A stretch of DNA of 64,000 nt from Bacillota bacterium (GCA_023228885.1 JALOAJ010000014.1:973-64972); one strand, 5' to 3'; counted from the stretch's first letter, positions 31,019 to 41,824 are shown. Notes: generated by a model from the letters alone, not told the origin. Program-made: numbers and translations.

Positions 31019-31154
31019 AGCCCCCTAATCATTAAAAATAAAAGATGATCAAACAATTCAAACCCATCATGGCAGACTATATCACATGAAAACACCAAAG
31101 ACCTGAGCTGTTACTATAAAAATTTTTATGTAGCTTGGATAACACGCTACTGCA

Positions 31155-32429
31155 CTATATCATATCCAAATTCTTCACAAGCGTTAAACGCGCTTCTAAA
31201 ACAGGGTTTAATTTTTCTAAGTTATCATGCTTTGTATATTTATGAATTTTGCTCTGTTGCGTTATGATTTTATAAAATATATTAGCCCCTCTGTGTACCC
31301 ATGCCATTGGCAGCAAAAGCGGGCATTTGCTTACATAAGGATAATTAACTGACATATGCGCCCTGCATGGAAACACTTGCCTGAGTGATATTTTTCCGTA
31401 ATGTCGTTTCATATACTTTGGAAAGTTTCCTTTGTTCAATTTTGTAAAACGTTCCTTGACATAAATATTATAAAAATCCTTCCTTTGATTATCCGAGATA
31501 CCAAAAATCCCTCCCTGCTCCACATCTGCAAGAATCTTTTCAAGCAGTTCATCATCTATTTCAATGTCAGAAAACATATTATTAGAAAAGCCAAAATACT
31601 TGTTGCCAATTTTTATTGCTGCAGCAATAAATCGTGAATAACCCAAATCATCCATAAGGATTCTTATTCGTGACCAGTCAACACTATTACCATGCGCTTC
31701 CGCAAATAAGAATATATCATAAAATTGTCGAATACCTATTCCTGCACTCAAGAAATGTTTGATTAAGTGTAAAAAAAGATAAATCATGTAGTCGGTAGAT
31801 TCCGGTATTTTCAATACAGTTCTGTTCTCAAGTACAATTTCCTCTGTTTTCCCTGTTAAAGGAATTTGGTTATTGAAAAAAATATCATTTGTTATATCCC
31901 CACAAAGTGCAACATGAATTTCCAAGCGCCCCCCCAGCGGATGTTGGCACACGAAATGATGAGAGCCGCTGTTGCGGGGCATAACGATATATCCGTATTT
32001 TTTTAAAAGACGAACGCATTGCATTTCCAATTCGGGAGATATTAATATATCCGTATCGCTTGAAATCCTGCAAGAAGGCGTGTGATAAAGCATAGCAAGG
32101 CTTTCGCCCTTGAACAAACAGCACTCAATCCCATTGTCCTCTAAATGTTTTATTGTATTATGTATGAATTCCAATCGCCTAAACTGATGTAGCACAGTAC
32201 GATAGAACGCGACATTCAATGTGCTGTATAAATCTGAGCCAATATCAGACTTATCGTTGTCAGGCAACTGCTTAATAGCCGTAAAAACAAGAGCGCTTAC
32301 CCCGTGGCTTTGTGCTAAGCAATAAACACCACCCCAATTTACCGGATTGTTTAAAATTGGCGTAATCCCTTTTGCACCGCAGTGCATAAGATAAATCATA
32401 TCTTTAAACTCTTTTGTCACATAAATCAC
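31155..32429 (-). CDS. Uncharacterised nucleotidyltransferase-family protein (NTP_transf_5-like)
   Basis: 424 aa with the motif R.SSDTDILI typical of this family. It is flanked by 136-nt and 229-nt AT-rich spacers inside the glycan locus. Confidence 0.55.
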   Translation of the reverse strand: MIYVTKEFKDMIYLMHCGAKGITPILNNPVNWGGVYCLAQSHGVSALVFTAIKQLPDNDKSDIGSDLYSTLNVAFYRTVLHQFRRLEFIHNTIKHLEDNGIECCLFKGESLAMLYHTPSCRISSDTDILISPELEMQCVRLLKKYGYIVMPRNSGSHHFVCQHPLGGRLEIHVALCGDITNDIFFNNQIPLTGKTEEIVLENRTVLKIPESTDYMIYLFLHLIKHFLSAGIGIRQFYDIFLFAEAHGNSVDWSRIRILMDDLGYSRFIAAAIKIGNKYFGFSNNMFSDIEIDDELLEKILADVEQGGIFGISDNQRKDFYNIYVKERFTKLNKGNFPKYMKRHYGKISLRQVFPCRAHMSVNYPYVSKCPLLLPMAWVHRGANIFYKIITQQSKIHKYTKHDNLEKLNPVLEARLTLVKNLDMI

Positions 32430-32658
32430 CCTTTATAAAATCCTTTTAGGCTATTAAATTGATGTATGTTTAATATTAAATATTTTTAGCAAACAGGTTA
32501 CTCTGTGGTTTAAAAGTATAATCTGTATTTAACAGCAATACTATGATTACTCCCCAATCAACTGATAGATATGATTTGTTTCTTTTCGAACTCTGGCATA
32601 TATGAATATATTTCTGACCATTTGTTTCGTTTATCACTTTCACAAATAATATTGCCTC

Positions 32659-34137
32659 TCAATATATTTGTTTCCATATCTGCTTAATTCTTTTAGACAT
32701 AACAAAAAAATATACAAGCGCCCAAACAATGCCTATGATAATCGCACTCACTATCCCTTTTAAGGTTGTTGTCATTCCTATTAATCTTAATACAAATTGA
32801 AAAATAATTGCAGTTAAAACACAAACAGTAAATTCCTTTAACATATTAGCCCAAGGAAATATCCTCCTAACGGGCATCTTGATTAGTCGCGAAGAACTAA
32901 ATACCTGTGCAATTGACATAATGGCAATACTTATCAAGGATGCTAATGCGGGACCTTCAAAACCTATAAAAAAATATAAAATAATAGATAAAATCAAATT
33001 AACACCCAAACAAATTAAAGAGTTATATAATATTTGTTTTGTTTTACCATATGCATTCAAAATCATTCCCCAATATGTTATTCTTAGTAGTAATATTAAC
33101 GAATATATTCTAAAAATTCTTGTCCCCGACAAATATGTATCTGAATATAAAAATGTTATTATTTGGGGTGCGAATACTATACTTGCACATGCAAAAAAAC
33201 AAAAAATAATAAAACATAGCTCGCTTGAATTTTTCCATAAATCTATGGAAAGTTCCTTGTTGCCTTCTTTTATATTTTTTACAACCTTGGGTAGAACCAA
33301 TGCGGAAAATGAAGTTGAAATCAATGAAAACGGTAATTCTTTCCCTGCATTAGCATATATCGCTACTGATTCTTCATTCATAAAATAACCAATAATCAAC
33401 TTGTCTAAATCCAAACTAAGTGTAGATATAGCTGTAGAGAGCCCCAATGGTACAGAAAAGAATATTACACTTTTCAGTAAAGATTTGTCAAAGTCAACAT
33501 TTATGGTCTTTTCTGCCGAGTAACATGCTTCAGTATAAGAAAGAATTGAAAAAACAACCTCTACAACTACATACAACCAAAGGTAAACATACATAGAAGT
33601 CTTGCTCATTACTACAAACAATGTAATTAAAAAAAGAAGGGCAGAATTAGCTATGCTATATATCAGTTCTTTCCTTAACTTTGTATCAACAATTAACATG
33701 TTACTTCTGCTGCTTATTGTTATTTTAGTCCAAGGTATTACTACCAAGAAGAATGAGTACAATGTCAAAGTTGGATTATTATAATACTGTGCTATTAAAG
33801 TCTTGGAAAAAAACATTAAAATGGCTACACATATTGATATTATAGTAATCATAGAATAGTAAAAGCTTAAAAACTTTCTTTTATAATCTAATTTGCACGA
33901 TGCTAAAAAATAGTTAATACTACTAGGTAGACCTAATGCAAAAACTGAAACAACCAAGGAGGTGATTGTTTGCAACTCAGAATATGTACCATACTCAACT
34001 AATGTTAAGTACCTTGATAAAAACATCGAAGTAATCACCGAAAGCATTAAATTTATAGTTTTACTTGCTGAAAGTGCTAATGCCGACCATCCAACACTTT
34101 CTAAATTATTTTTCAAAATAATTATCCCCCAAAGCAT
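32659..34137 (-). CDS. wzx: Wzx-type oligosaccharide flippase (MOP superfamily)
   Basis: 492 aa with about 12-14 TM segments. The call rests on its position in a glycan locus with a Wzy-like protein. Confidence 0.72.
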   Translation of the reverse strand: MLWGIIILKNNLESVGWSALALSASKTINLMLSVITSMFLSRYLTLVEYGTYSELQTITSLVVSVFALGLPSSINYFLASCKLDYKRKFLSFYYSMITIISICVAILMFFSKTLIAQYYNNPTLTLYSFFLVVIPWTKITISSRSNMLIVDTKLRKELIYSIANSALLFLITLFVVMSKTSMYVYLWLYVVVEVVFSILSYTEACYSAEKTINVDFDKSLLKSVIFFSVPLGLSTAISTLSLDLDKLIIGYFMNEESVAIYANAGKELPFSLISTSFSALVLPKVVKNIKEGNKELSIDLWKNSSELCFIIFCFFACASIVFAPQIITFLYSDTYLSGTRIFRIYSLILLLRITYWGMILNAYGKTKQILYNSLICLGVNLILSIILYFFIGFEGPALASLISIAIMSIAQVFSSSRLIKMPVRRIFPWANMLKEFTVCVLTAIIFQFVLRLIGMTTTLKGIVSAIIIGIVWALVYFFVMSKRIKQIWKQIY

Positions 34138-35230
34138 CTTTTAATAAGGTGTAGACAGCTTTATTCAAATCATTATTGTTATAGAAAGACTTTGAATTTT
34201 GGGAATATTCAGCATAATTGCTTTCAATCTTTTCTATGGCTTTGACAACCTCATCAACATCTGAATAAGAAGTACAAACGCCCATGTTCTCCTGTTCAAT
34301 TGTGTAATAAAGCCCCGGAATATCATTACCAAGCATTGGAATCCCAAGTCCACTATATTCATATATTTTATTTGGAGCGCAAAAAAGATTATTCAATGAA
34401 ACCCTATCATAAGCAAGCAATGCAATATGGGCATGGCTTGTTACTTCTAAGTGATATGGCGCCGCTATAAAATGAATAAAATATGTTTTAGGATATACTT
34501 CTCTTAACCTTTCAACAGAATTGTTGTGATTCCTTCCCATTAGAACCAAAGCATACTCACTATTATTAATTATTCTCAATGCCTCAGCAATCACTGTGAG
34601 GTTTCTATTACCTATATCAATTTGTCCTTGATATATAAATATCTTTTTATGTTTAAGCTTTTCAATAACATTACTTGCATAAGTATCACTAATCCTTTGT
34701 TTACTTTCTAATGACAATATATATGGGATGTTTGGTATAATATATGGTTTGTTCTTCAGACTATACCAATACATATATATATTTGCCCGACAAAACTCAG
34801 GCACAACGAGCGCCTTGGCATTTCTAACATACTTTTTCAAGCCTTTACGATATAATATAATTTTGTCATATAACTCATTGATTTGCAATATGTATTTATA
34901 TCTATTTAAAACCGAATTTAAGCATAGCGCTGTATCGGCAGAACAAATATATACCATGTCGTTATCAGAAAACTCATTCCCCAAAATGCTTTTACAGGCA
35001 AATTTAAACCCTATCCAATCCATAATGCGGCTTCGTTTTCCCATAAACTTGTCACAATGTAATGTTTCCCTACACACTATCCCAGCACTTTCTAACAGGT
35101 TTTTGCTTTTTTCCTGCATTTTAGAGCAAATAAAGTTTACTTTAATCCCCTTTTTAGAGGCATATATTAGCCGAGGCAACATAGGAGGCAGCGCCTCAAC
35201 TGTTCCCTTTAGTATGAATGTTATGACCAT
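34106..35230 (-). CDS. Putative glycosyltransferase (GT-B fold)
   Basis: 374 aa and soluble, with a strong RBS (GGAGG). The C-terminal half has a GT-B-like pattern (E..G.P..G.D.PG). The family assignment is uncertain. Confidence 0.55.
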   Translation of the reverse strand: MVITFILKGTVEALPPMLPRLIYASKKGIKVNFICSKMQEKSKNLLESAGIVCRETLHCDKFMGKRSRIMDWIGFKFACKSILGNEFSDNDMVYICSADTALCLNSVLNRYKYILQINELYDKIILYRKGLKKYVRNAKALVVPEFCRANIYMYWYSLKNKPYIIPNIPYILSLESKQRISDTYASNVIEKLKHKKIFIYQGQIDIGNRNLTVIAEALRIINNSEYALVLMGRNHNNSVERLREVYPKTYFIHFIAAPYHLEVTSHAHIALLAYDRVSLNNLFCAPNKIYEYSGLGIPMLGNDIPGLYYTIEQENMGVCTSYSDVDEVVKAIEKIESNYAEYSQNSKSFYNNNDLNKAVYTLLKDALGDNYFEK

Positions 35231-36398
35231 ATTGTTCCTCCAATATTGTATCGCTATTATTTAAGTTCAAAGCTATTGAAATCATCATACCGCATATTGT
35301 ATAATTGAAAATTCCTGCATTTCCATATCCGAGAGCAAAAAAAACCGCTAATGAAATTAAACAAAAGAAATTCCTGCTCTTAAAAGCCTTTTTAATTATC
35401 GAAACAAAAGATAATAAAAACGCCAATCCCATAACCACACCACCGCGAGCTAAAATTGCCACATACATAGAGTGATTATAATAGTTTGAAATATAATTTT
35501 GATGGTTGGTAAATAATATTTGCCCCCAACCATATCCGAAAATGGGGCTTTCGGAAAAATATTTTAATCCTAACTTTATTTCATCATCCCTACCTAAACT
35601 TTCAAATCCAACTTCAAAACGAGTAGAAATAGCATCAAACAAATTTTGTGTTATTTCAAGTTGTGAAACAAAAAACGGCATAATTATAGCAACCATAAGC
35701 AAAGCTAAAGTTTGTGTTTTAATTTTTGCTGTTTTAAAGCTGTTTTTTATTGTAAGAAATAGCTTTAAAAATACAATCACTACAAGAATTAACAATCTTG
35801 AACGGGACATTCCAAAACCGGCAACTACGAAACATGATACCATAGCTATTTTCTTTAATAACTCATATCCACCTGTTTTATTAAATGGTTCCTTCCCCCA
35901 AAAAATAATTAAAATTACAACAATTGATATGCTTCCATCGACTTTTGTTGCAGTCCTTAAAATTTCCCCAAGTACAATTCCATAGGTCATAGAGTATATA
36001 GCGGCAATAATTGCAGCAAGATAAAATGACATATTTATTTTTTTAAGTGACATTTTTTTTGGAATTTTTAAAAAGGCGATATAGAGGAAAACTAAAAGCA
36101 CCAAGCCAATTTCAAAAGGCTCCCTTCTTACCCATTGAAGCACCATTTCTAAAAAAAATAACCCTAAAACAAGCATTGCATATCCTATTCTACTTTTATT
36201 AGAAAAGGGGGTCAATAAGTTTATAACAACTGTCATTGCAAGCAAGAATAAAATTATCCAAATGTGAATTCCATATCCAAAGACAGTCATATCCTTTAAC
36301 GAATTTACTATAGGAATGATGACAATATATAAGCACAATATAAATTCGTAAATTTTTTCTATCGTTGATAGTTTATTAGTGTCAATTTGCTCTATCAT
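35196..36398 (-). CDS. wzy: Wzy-type polymerase / O-antigen ligase-like membrane protein
   Basis: 400 aa with about 10 TM segments and a larger loop containing the G.G.G....H motif (GYGWGQILFTNHQNYISNYYNHS). Its ATGA start overlaps the stop of the upstream gene. Confidence 0.6.
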   Translation of the reverse strand: MIEQIDTNKLSTIEKIYEFILCLYIVIIPIVNSLKDMTVFGYGIHIWIILFLLAMTVVINLLTPFSNKSRIGYAMLVLGLFFLEMVLQWVRREPFEIGLVLLVFLYIAFLKIPKKMSLKKINMSFYLAAIIAAIYSMTYGIVLGEILRTATKVDGSISIVVILIIFWGKEPFNKTGGYELLKKIAMVSCFVVAGFGMSRSRLLILVVIVFLKLFLTIKNSFKTAKIKTQTLALLMVAIIMPFFVSQLEITQNLFDAISTRFEVGFESLGRDDEIKLGLKYFSESPIFGYGWGQILFTNHQNYISNYYNHSMYVAILARGGVVMGLAFLLSFVSIIKKAFKSRNFFCLISLAVFFALGYGNAGIFNYTICGMMISIALNLNNSDTILEEQYGHNIHTKGNS

Positions 36399-37618
36399 TG
36401 TTTCATCGCTTCCTCGAAATGATCTCTTATAGCAAAGGCAATTTCTTTTGATTTTTCAATCATCAGCATATGTATATTATTTGCCTGTTCAATGATTTTT
36501 TGAGATATCAATATGCCCTGCTCCTCGTTGAACATCTCGTCATCTATTGCATATCCTTCAAGCCCATAATCCGCCATAAAATCATGTGTTTTTTTGTGGT
36601 AGCATATGCCAAGTAACGGAGTGCCTGTTGCTAAGGCCATAATAACAGAGTGGGTTTTATATCCTATATAGTATCTACACGATGACAGTTCCTGCAAATG
36701 CTCCTCTGTACTTGATTCAAAAGGGTATATCTTAATTGTTGCCTTGACTTTCATCAAATCAATAATTGATTTAATATCTCTTAGTTCTTTTGCATCGTGT
36801 TCCATTCTAAAAAATTCTATACTGTTTCCTTGCAATGCAAAAAAATCTAAAACTTTGGCAATTGCGGGATAAGTATCAAATGCCTTTTTTAAACCATTAA
36901 AAATCGATATACCTACTTTATTTTCTCTTTCAGCAATGGGTCTATATTCTTTATTTCCAAATCCAAAAACAGAATCGTAAGATTTGAATATATTCCCCTG
37001 ATTGCTACCAACAAGTTCATCCAGGCATCGTCTACTGTTGTCATCCCTAATAAATACAGCATTTGCATTATTTATAATTTTGGCAAAAAGCCCCTTTATT
37101 TTTTGGTTTTCAAACGAAAGAGGACCAATAGTCTGCGACCATAGAATATACTTTTTACTGTAAATACTTGCAAGTGCAATATCATATGTTATTGCAAATA
37201 AAGCATTTTTATTACGAATGCTCGTTATATGATGCCCCCCCGTAACAATGACAAGTTCTGCCTCCTTTAGTGCAGAAATATATTCCTTCGATATCCGCTC
37301 GCAATTCTTTTTTGTTTTATTTGAAATCAATTCGGGATATACGAAATGTTCATAATACAGCTTAGTTATCCTATGACATATTTTTCTGATGTATCTGTTG
37401 TTTATTTTATCAAAAAGGTTTCGATAACCCATACCTATTACTTTCAACCTTTTGATTCCCGTATTTGCCCATAAGGTTGGTTCAGTTGTAGAAAGAGTGA
37501 TAAAAATATCTTCACTTGAAAGCCGATCAAGCAAATATTCCGCAATAGCTCTATCACCTTTGTTTGTCGCGCATTGACAGATAATCATAATTTTTCTCAT
37601 TTTGTATTCTCTCTTCAT
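36395..37618 (-). CDS. Polysaccharide pyruvyl transferase family protein
   Basis: N-terminal N.GD.AI pattern (CATNKGDRAIAEYLL), TGGHH and FIRDD.S motifs typical of CsaB/WcaK-type pyruvyl transferases. The start may be the ATG at 37600 instead. Confidence 0.72.
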   Translation of the reverse strand: MKREYKMRKIMIICQCATNKGDRAIAEYLLDRLSSEDIFITLSTTEPTLWANTGIKRLKVIGMGYRNLFDKINNRYIRKICHRITKLYYEHFVYPELISNKTKKNCERISKEYISALKEAELVIVTGGHHITSIRNKNALFAITYDIALASIYSKKYILWSQTIGPLSFENQKIKGLFAKIINNANAVFIRDDNSRRCLDELVGSNQGNIFKSYDSVFGFGNKEYRPIAERENKVGISIFNGLKKAFDTYPAIAKVLDFFALQGNSIEFFRMEHDAKELRDIKSIIDLMKVKATIKIYPFESSTEEHLQELSSCRYYIGYKTHSVIMALATGTPLLGICYHKKTHDFMADYGLEGYAIDDEMFNEEQGILISQKIIEQANNIHMLMIEKSKEIAFAIRDHFEEAMKQ

Positions 37619-38802
37619 ATCATTTTTGAATTATAAAGTTCTACATATCTCTCAAAAACTTTTTGACGTTCAAATGCGTTTCTGTCAAACAGCAAATATT
37701 GACCTTTTTCGCAAATCGAATATATTAAGTTTTTGACTCCTTGTATATCCCCTTGTCCTACAACTTGGCAGTTAGGAACACTTTCTACGCTTCCACCCGT
37801 TTTGTATGTTATTGTAGGCGTTCCACAAGATTGGGCTTCTAAATTTACAGTAGGGTAATTATCAGCATATGTTAGGTTTACAAAAACATCTGCCGCAGAA
37901 TATATTTTCGCAAGCTCAAGGGGATTGTTAATTTGACCAATAGTTATTATCTCTTTTGGAATACGCCTTCTTTGTTTATCAGTTATTCCAACTAATACAA
38001 TGCAATAACTTTCTTTTAATTGCTTCGATAATTCAATAAAGTCATCTAATCCCTTTCTCTTTCCCCACGGGCTTGCAACTCCTAAAATAACTTTTTTGTT
38101 TTCCAGAGAATTATCAACCCTAAAAGAGCTCTCCCTGTGAGAGAAGATATTGGTATCTATCCCATTATGTATAATTTCTATTGGATATTTTGATAAAAAC
38201 GATTCACCAACATAATCTGCCAACCATTGGGACGGGGTAACAATAGTCATGTTTTTCAAATTTGTAAACAAGCGCTTTTTCATGTTGTAATTTTTTTTAC
38301 TTGAATCAACTAAAAATGATTTTGGGTAACTCCGTTTTTGCGGACATTTAAAACACCCTTCTTTCCACTTGTCACAATTTGCGCGGGATGGATATGTGCA
38401 GTGTCCAGTAAAAGCCCAACCATCGTGCAAAGTCCAGATTACCGGTTTGTTAACTTCTAACAGATAAAAAAACAACTCCTCAACATTTATAAAATAGCCA
38501 TGAATATTGTGCAAATGAATAATATCTGAGTTAAATTCTCTTATTCGGCTGATAAATTTCCTTGTAGCCTGTTTTCTTGCAAACCCCGCATTATCAAATA
38601 TGCGAGATTGTATTGCGTGTAGTTTTACTCCGAAACTTGTATCTGTATATATAGTTATATCTTTGTATTTATCGGGAGCGGCTTCCCGTCCGGATGCAAT
38701 TTTACAATCATGTCCTTTTGATATTAATACATCAGCTATATCCGTACATATTCTTCCTGTACTTTTTATACCACTAACCGAGTTAATTTGTAAAACTTTC
38801 AT
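37615..38802 (-). CDS. Glycosyltransferase family 4-like
   Basis: ATG at 38802 after AAAGGGGGG. MKVLQINSVSG...GRI N-terminus and a C-terminal E..P..NLEAQSCGTP motif. The ORF-track start at 38889 is probably too long. Confidence 0.8.
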   Translation of the reverse strand: MKVLQINSVSGIKSTGRICTDIADVLISKGHDCKIASGREAAPDKYKDITIYTDTSFGVKLHAIQSRIFDNAGFARKQATRKFISRIREFNSDIIHLHNIHGYFINVEELFFYLLEVNKPVIWTLHDGWAFTGHCTYPSRANCDKWKEGCFKCPQKRSYPKSFLVDSSKKNYNMKKRLFTNLKNMTIVTPSQWLADYVGESFLSKYPIEIIHNGIDTNIFSHRESSFRVDNSLENKKVILGVASPWGKRKGLDDFIELSKQLKESYCIVLVGITDKQRRRIPKEIITIGQINNPLELAKIYSAADVFVNLTYADNYPTVNLEAQSCGTPTITYKTGGSVESVPNCQVVGQGDIQGVKNLIYSICEKGQYLLFDRNAFERQKVFERYVELYNSKMI

Positions 38803-38920
38803 ATTGCCCCCCTTTTTAAAGCTCCATTTAATGGGTATAGCCATATTGCACAGCATCAATATATGTATCTTTAGCTTGTTTCTAAGCATGCTTCAACTCT
38901 CAAATTATATCTGCGGCAAC

Positions 38921-40144
38921 TCACAATTCATTTGAAATATCCTTTAGTAGTTCATTATACTTAGATGTTTGTGTTTTTCTCTCCAACCGTTGTTCAGCAT
39001 ATTTTCTGGAATTAATTGATATTGATTCTAATTCGTGTCTATTATGGTAGTAATACTTAATAATTTCTACTAATGATTCCCCCTGAAAATTATCTACTAC
39101 AGCTCCGAGACCATTCTTTGCAATTTGATTGGATATGTAACTATCTGAATCAAACATAGCAACTAAAGGTCCTCCTGCGGCAAGAATTTGACCAATTTTA
39201 GATGGCAATGCAATCTTAGTCATATTTTTTTCAAGTGAAACCAATTCTAAATCTCCCAGGCTATAGGCGTTCGAAATTAATTCTATTGGTTGCAAAGGAA
39301 AAATAAATGTATTTCGTAATCGCCTTTTTTTCAAACTTTCCTCCATACTATCCTTATATGAGCCATTTCCTATTATAACAAGTTTTATATCATCATACTC
39401 TTTATCGAGCTCCTGAAATGCATCTAATATTACTTCCCAGTTTTGAAACAAGCCAATATCACCAGCATATGAAACATAAAAGCACTCTTTGTCTAATCTA
39501 AACTTTGTAAACAACTCATTATCATGACGTGCTATCTTTTTTATTTTATTTACATCTACCCAGTTTTGTATAACTTTTATTTTATCGTTTTTACATCCTT
39601 TTTCTATAATAGTTTTTCGCATGTCTTGTGAAATTGTAACAATTACATCATTGTGTTTATAAACACTTTTTTCAAGGTGTCTCAAAAACTTGACAAGTAT
39701 ATTGTTTTCGCCTAACCTTTTCATTTTTACAAGTGTATCGGGAAACAAATCTTGTGCGTTATATAATGTTGGCGCTATCTTTCTTAATCTTTTACCGAGG
39801 AGCCCCAAGAAAGGAGGGGTGCTATAAATATATATGGCATCAGCCTCATGTCTTCTTGCCTCTTTGTATATACAGAAGGTTAGGAGCACATATTTTATCA
39901 TACGAATAAATAAGCCCTTGCCCTCACCTCGCTTTGAACCCACACGAATTACCTTTACATTATCTGAAATCTGCTCAATCGGTTGCCTTAAATAATACTG
40001 CTTAACTTCTTCTGTTATTCTCCTAGACGGATAACCTGAAATTATAGTAACTTTATTGTTGTTATAACCCAAGTCTAAAGCCAATTCATATAACAGGGAA
40101 TGTCTTTCTTTAGCTAAGTGACCTACCAGAAATGTAATATTCAT
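38921..40144 (-). CDS. Glycosyltransferase family 4-like (WcaI-like)
   Basis: ATG at 40144 after GGGGA. It has a GT-B pattern with the C-terminal motif PSK...ILAAGGP. Confidence 0.78.
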   Translation of the reverse strand: MNITFLVGHLAKERHSLLYELALDLGYNNNKVTIISGYPSRRITEEVKQYYLRQPIEQISDNVKVIRVGSKRGEGKGLFIRMIKYVLLTFCIYKEARRHEADAIYIYSTPPFLGLLGKRLRKIAPTLYNAQDLFPDTLVKMKRLGENNILVKFLRHLEKSVYKHNDVIVTISQDMRKTIIEKGCKNDKIKVIQNWVDVNKIKKIARHDNELFTKFRLDKECFYVSYAGDIGLFQNWEVILDAFQELDKEYDDIKLVIIGNGSYKDSMEESLKKRRLRNTFIFPLQPIELISNAYSLGDLELVSLEKNMTKIALPSKIGQILAAGGPLVAMFDSDSYISNQIAKNGLGAVVDNFQGESLVEIIKYYYHNRHELESISINSRKYAEQRLERKTQTSKYNELLKDISNEL

Positions 40145-40163
40145 ACTTTCATCCCCTTGCAAC

Positions 40164-40856
40164 TTAAATTTCTTTAGAAATAAGCTTATAAAAGCAGTGT
40201 TTATCGGGAGCCGCATCCTTGTTTGTATAACTTATCCAACCAAGTTTTTCATAAAACATTATAGCGTCTATATTTGCTGCAGGTGTCTCTAACACTATGG
40301 ATTTGTAACCTTTTTGCACTGCTGCTTTTTCGTAATCAACCAACAAATGTCGACCCACCCCTAAATTTGAATATTCTTTTAACACAGCTATGCCAGTTAA
40401 TCTTGCTATTGGTTCTAACGGCATGTTTTCCACATGTGTTTTTTCCTTCAGAGCAAGCCCTGCACTACTTTCCACAACCATAAATCTTGAAGATAGTTTA
40501 TTGATAGCATGTTTATACTTATATAAAAATTCAGCGCTAAACAGCATATTTGGTTTTCTTAAAAGTCCCAATAAAATTTTTTTCATGATGTATTTATTCA
40601 TTTGTTTCTTATAGCCTTCGGGTCCGCCGTAGACCAAACCTATCATTTTATCAGAATCATTTTTAACAGAAACAGTAATAGCATCTTCAAAATTAATTAG
40701 GTATTTAAACCTTTCTGTGAGATAAATTTTAGAAAAGGCACTATCCCTAAATAAAGATTCAAAGTGTATCTGAATAAAAGATTCAAGATCCTCCATGCAA
40801 AAATCCGAAATAGTAAATTCCCTATCGGGAAATGACTTTGCTATTTTGCCATTCAT
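40164..40856 (-). CDS. GNAT-family N-acyltransferase
   Basis: Acetyl-CoA binding core (IAVLKEYSNLGVGRHLL...A..FYEKLGW). ATG at 40856 after GGAGA. 230 aa with an atypical long N-terminal half. Confidence 0.65.
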   Translation of the reverse strand: MNGKIAKSFPDREFTISDFCMEDLESFIQIHFESLFRDSAFSKIYLTERFKYLINFEDAITVSVKNDSDKMIGLVYGGPEGYKKQMNKYIMKKILLGLLRKPNMLFSAEFLYKYKHAINKLSSRFMVVESSAGLALKEKTHVENMPLEPIARLTGIAVLKEYSNLGVGRHLLVDYEKAAVQKGYKSIVLETPAANIDAIMFYEKLGWISYTNKDAAPDKHCFYKLISKEI

Positions 40857-40894
40857 TTGTACAAGTCTCCTTATAGAAAAATCACAAAAGGAAT

Positions 40895-41824
40895 TTAAGC
40901 ATATATTGAAGTCAACCACCTTTTGTAAGCACTTATTTTACCAGTAACAGCTTTTATATAAATTTTATGAATTGCCTTTGTTAAATCCCCTGGCTTGGCA
41001 CAAGAAATATCTATGCCATCAACATTGGTAACAGGAGCTATTTCTATCGCAGAGCCACATAAAAATATCTCGTCACAAACATATAGTTCTGTCCTGTCAA
41101 TATCTCTTTCTGCAACTTCAATTTTAAGATATTCTTTTGCCAACTCAAGAACAGTATCCCTTGTAATGCTTTCTAATATTGATGCTGTTATTGGTGGTGT
41201 TAACAACTTTCCATCCCTTACAATAAATATGCAGGAGCCCGGCCCTTCAGAAACTTTCCCTTGATTGTTCATGAAAATTGCAGAATCATAGCCATTATTC
41301 AAAGCTTCAATTTGAGCCATTCTGCTATTAATATAATTAGCCCCAACCTTTACTTTAGGGGAGATATTTCGATCACTAATTCTTTCCCAAGAACTAACGC
41401 AGCACCTCATGCCCTTGTTCATCGTCAAGTCACTTCTATGTTTGGCTATGGGAGCAACAAACATATTAACCGGTCCTTTTGATGACCAAGACCCAAGACC
41501 ATCAATAAAAACAGTCTGGCGAACTGCAATATCCTCTTTATAGTTGTTCGCTTTTACAACATCAATAAGGCTTTGTTTCAGTAAATCTATGGGGTACTTA
41601 TCTTCCATTTGAAATATTTTCATCGAATTTTTTAATCTTTTATAATGCTCGGCCAAGCGAAAAGCATACAGCTGTCCTTCTTCTTCATTCCAATAACACC
41701 GAATTCCCTCAAATACATTTGCTCCAAACTGTGATGTGGGAGACAACACATTTATAGTGGCTTCATGTAACGGTACAATTTTACCATCCAACCAAATAAG
41801 CCTATCTTCCTGAATGTTTTTCAT
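40895..41824 (-). CDS. Class IV (fold type IV) aminotransferase, BCAT/D-amino-acid aminotransferase-like
   Basis: FEGIRCY, catalytic-Lys context (KVKVGANYINSRMA), and SEGPGSCIF..RDGKL.TP motifs. 309 aa. Confidence 0.85.
   Translation of the reverse strand: MKNIQEDRLIWLDGKIVPLHEATINVLSPTSQFGANVFEGIRCYWNEEEGQLYAFRLAEHYKRLKNSMKIFQMEDKYPIDLLKQSLIDVVKANNYKEDIAVRQTVFIDGLGSWSSKGPVNMFVAPIAKHRSDLTMNKGMRCCVSSWERISDRNISPKVKVGANYINSRMAQIEALNNGYDSAIFMNNQGKVSEGPGSCIFIVRDGKLLTPPITASILESITRDTVLELAKEYLKIEVAERDIDRTELYVCDEIFLCGSAIEIAPVTNVDGIDISCAKPGDLTKAIHKIYIKAVTGKISAYKRWLTSIYA

Noticed and set aside
32879-35985. Long plus-strand ORFs (169, 178 and 159 aa) antisense to wzx, the GT and wzy
   Set aside because: These are shadow ORFs opposite strongly biased membrane-protein genes. 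They have no RBS, repetitive low-complexity sequence, and overlap well-supported genes completely.
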